Source: Lingula anatina (taxonomy: Eukaryota > Animalia > Brachiopoda). Taken from it: a stretch of DNA of 64,000 nucleotides. Location: the NCBI GenBank assembly GCA_051362555.1, contig CM120642.1:21762001-21826000 (forward strand), read 5' to 3'. The notes below the pieces were generated by a model. It was not told the origin of the DNA. It was given only the letters and a program-made list of their open reading frames with translations, and did no database searches. Made by a program: the position numbers and the translations under genes. The first letter of the stretch is position 1; every line of letters begins with the position of its first letter. This document shows positions 63,201-64,000 of this stretch, one piece after another.

Positions 63201-64000
63201 CAGACCTACACAGTGCTGAGAATTAAATGCAGACACAAACAGTAACAACACTAACATACACAGTGATCAAAATAAGTATTAATATGTATATTGACAACAG
63301 TAACGTGCACCATAATGACAATGAACACAAGGGAAAAGAGTGAAAACTTAGTTGTACACATCCATCACAATATATACAAACACATTCAGTAACAATATAG
63401 AATAGACAAAAAAAACAGAATATAAACAAAAACATAAACATACATTGAAAACTCCATTATTCAGCGCAATAGTAATGATTACGAACAAATCGAGTGACAA
63501 AACTGACCTATAAAGTGCTCACAATAAATACAAGCACTAATTGTAATGATGCAAACATATAGAGTGATCACAATGAATACAAACTTAAACATTGACAACA
63601 TATACATGCACAGTAATCGAAATGAATACAAACAAATAGAGTGAGAGAAATGCACAAAGCTCACAATAAATACAAAAACGAACAATAACGACTCTAACAT
63701 ATACAGTGATCACAATAAATAGAAAAACAAACAATGACAAAACAAACATGCACAGCAATGATAATGATTACAAACAAATAGAAGGGCAAACAGACTTACA
63801 CAGTGATCAGAATTTTATGCAGCCACAAACAGTAACAACACAAACAAACACAGTGATCAAAATAGATATTAAATGAAAAACTGATAACAGTAACATGTAC
63901 AGTAATGAGAATGAACACAAGGGAAAAAAGTGTAAACAAGGCAATACACAGTCACCACAATATATACAAACACATTCAGAAACAATACAGAAAAGACACA

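Larger units (their letters stand above)
36240..64000. repeat. Complex CA/TG-rich satellite domain (ACACAGTGATCA motif, ~45-50-bp diverged subunits, ~2-kb higher-order repeat)
   Basis: Recurrent acacaaacatacacagtgatcacaataaat-type units. Marker cagtgatcacaataaataga recurs near 47658, 49788, 61141, 63115. Decayed and interrupted before 44100, dense afterwards, and runs off the window end. Confidence 0.9.

Noticed and set aside
44169-64000. Dozens of Cys/Val/Phe/Leu-rich or Thr/Asn/Gln-rich ORFs
   Set aside because: By-products of the TG/CA-rich satellite; they overlap in several frames and switch strand with satellite orientation.

Overview
This is AT-rich eukaryotic DNA dominated by repeats. 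The repeat families suggest an invertebrate metazoan (inference). I can support no intact protein-coding gene. From 1-36 kb it is a patchwork of non-autonomous DNA transposons (5-bp-TSD CAGGC-type, TA-TSD Tc1/mariner-type, PIF/Harbinger, Kolobok, CACTA-like, 8-bp-TSD fold-back type). That half also holds Helentron/HINE elements including a 3.5-kb self-nested array, RTE and L2 LINE fragments, a tRNA-derived SINE, two minisatellites and scattered, probably decayed exons (PAN/Apple-like, transmembrane, C-type-lectin-like). From 36-64 kb it is a complex CA/TG-rich satellite with ~2-kb higher-order repeats and three orientation switches. The satellite is invaded by a HINE, an RTEX-like LINE, MITEs and a full-length Ty3/Gypsy LTR retrotransposon (54496-59766, minus strand). 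The most interesting signal is in that retrotransposon. It has no tRNA primer-binding site. The 12 nt after its 5' LTR are perfectly complementary to a sequence inside its own 114-bp TA...TA LTR, which is a Tf1-like self-priming architecture in a Gypsy element with no recognisable chromodomain. Coordinates were counted by eye and may be off by a few bases.
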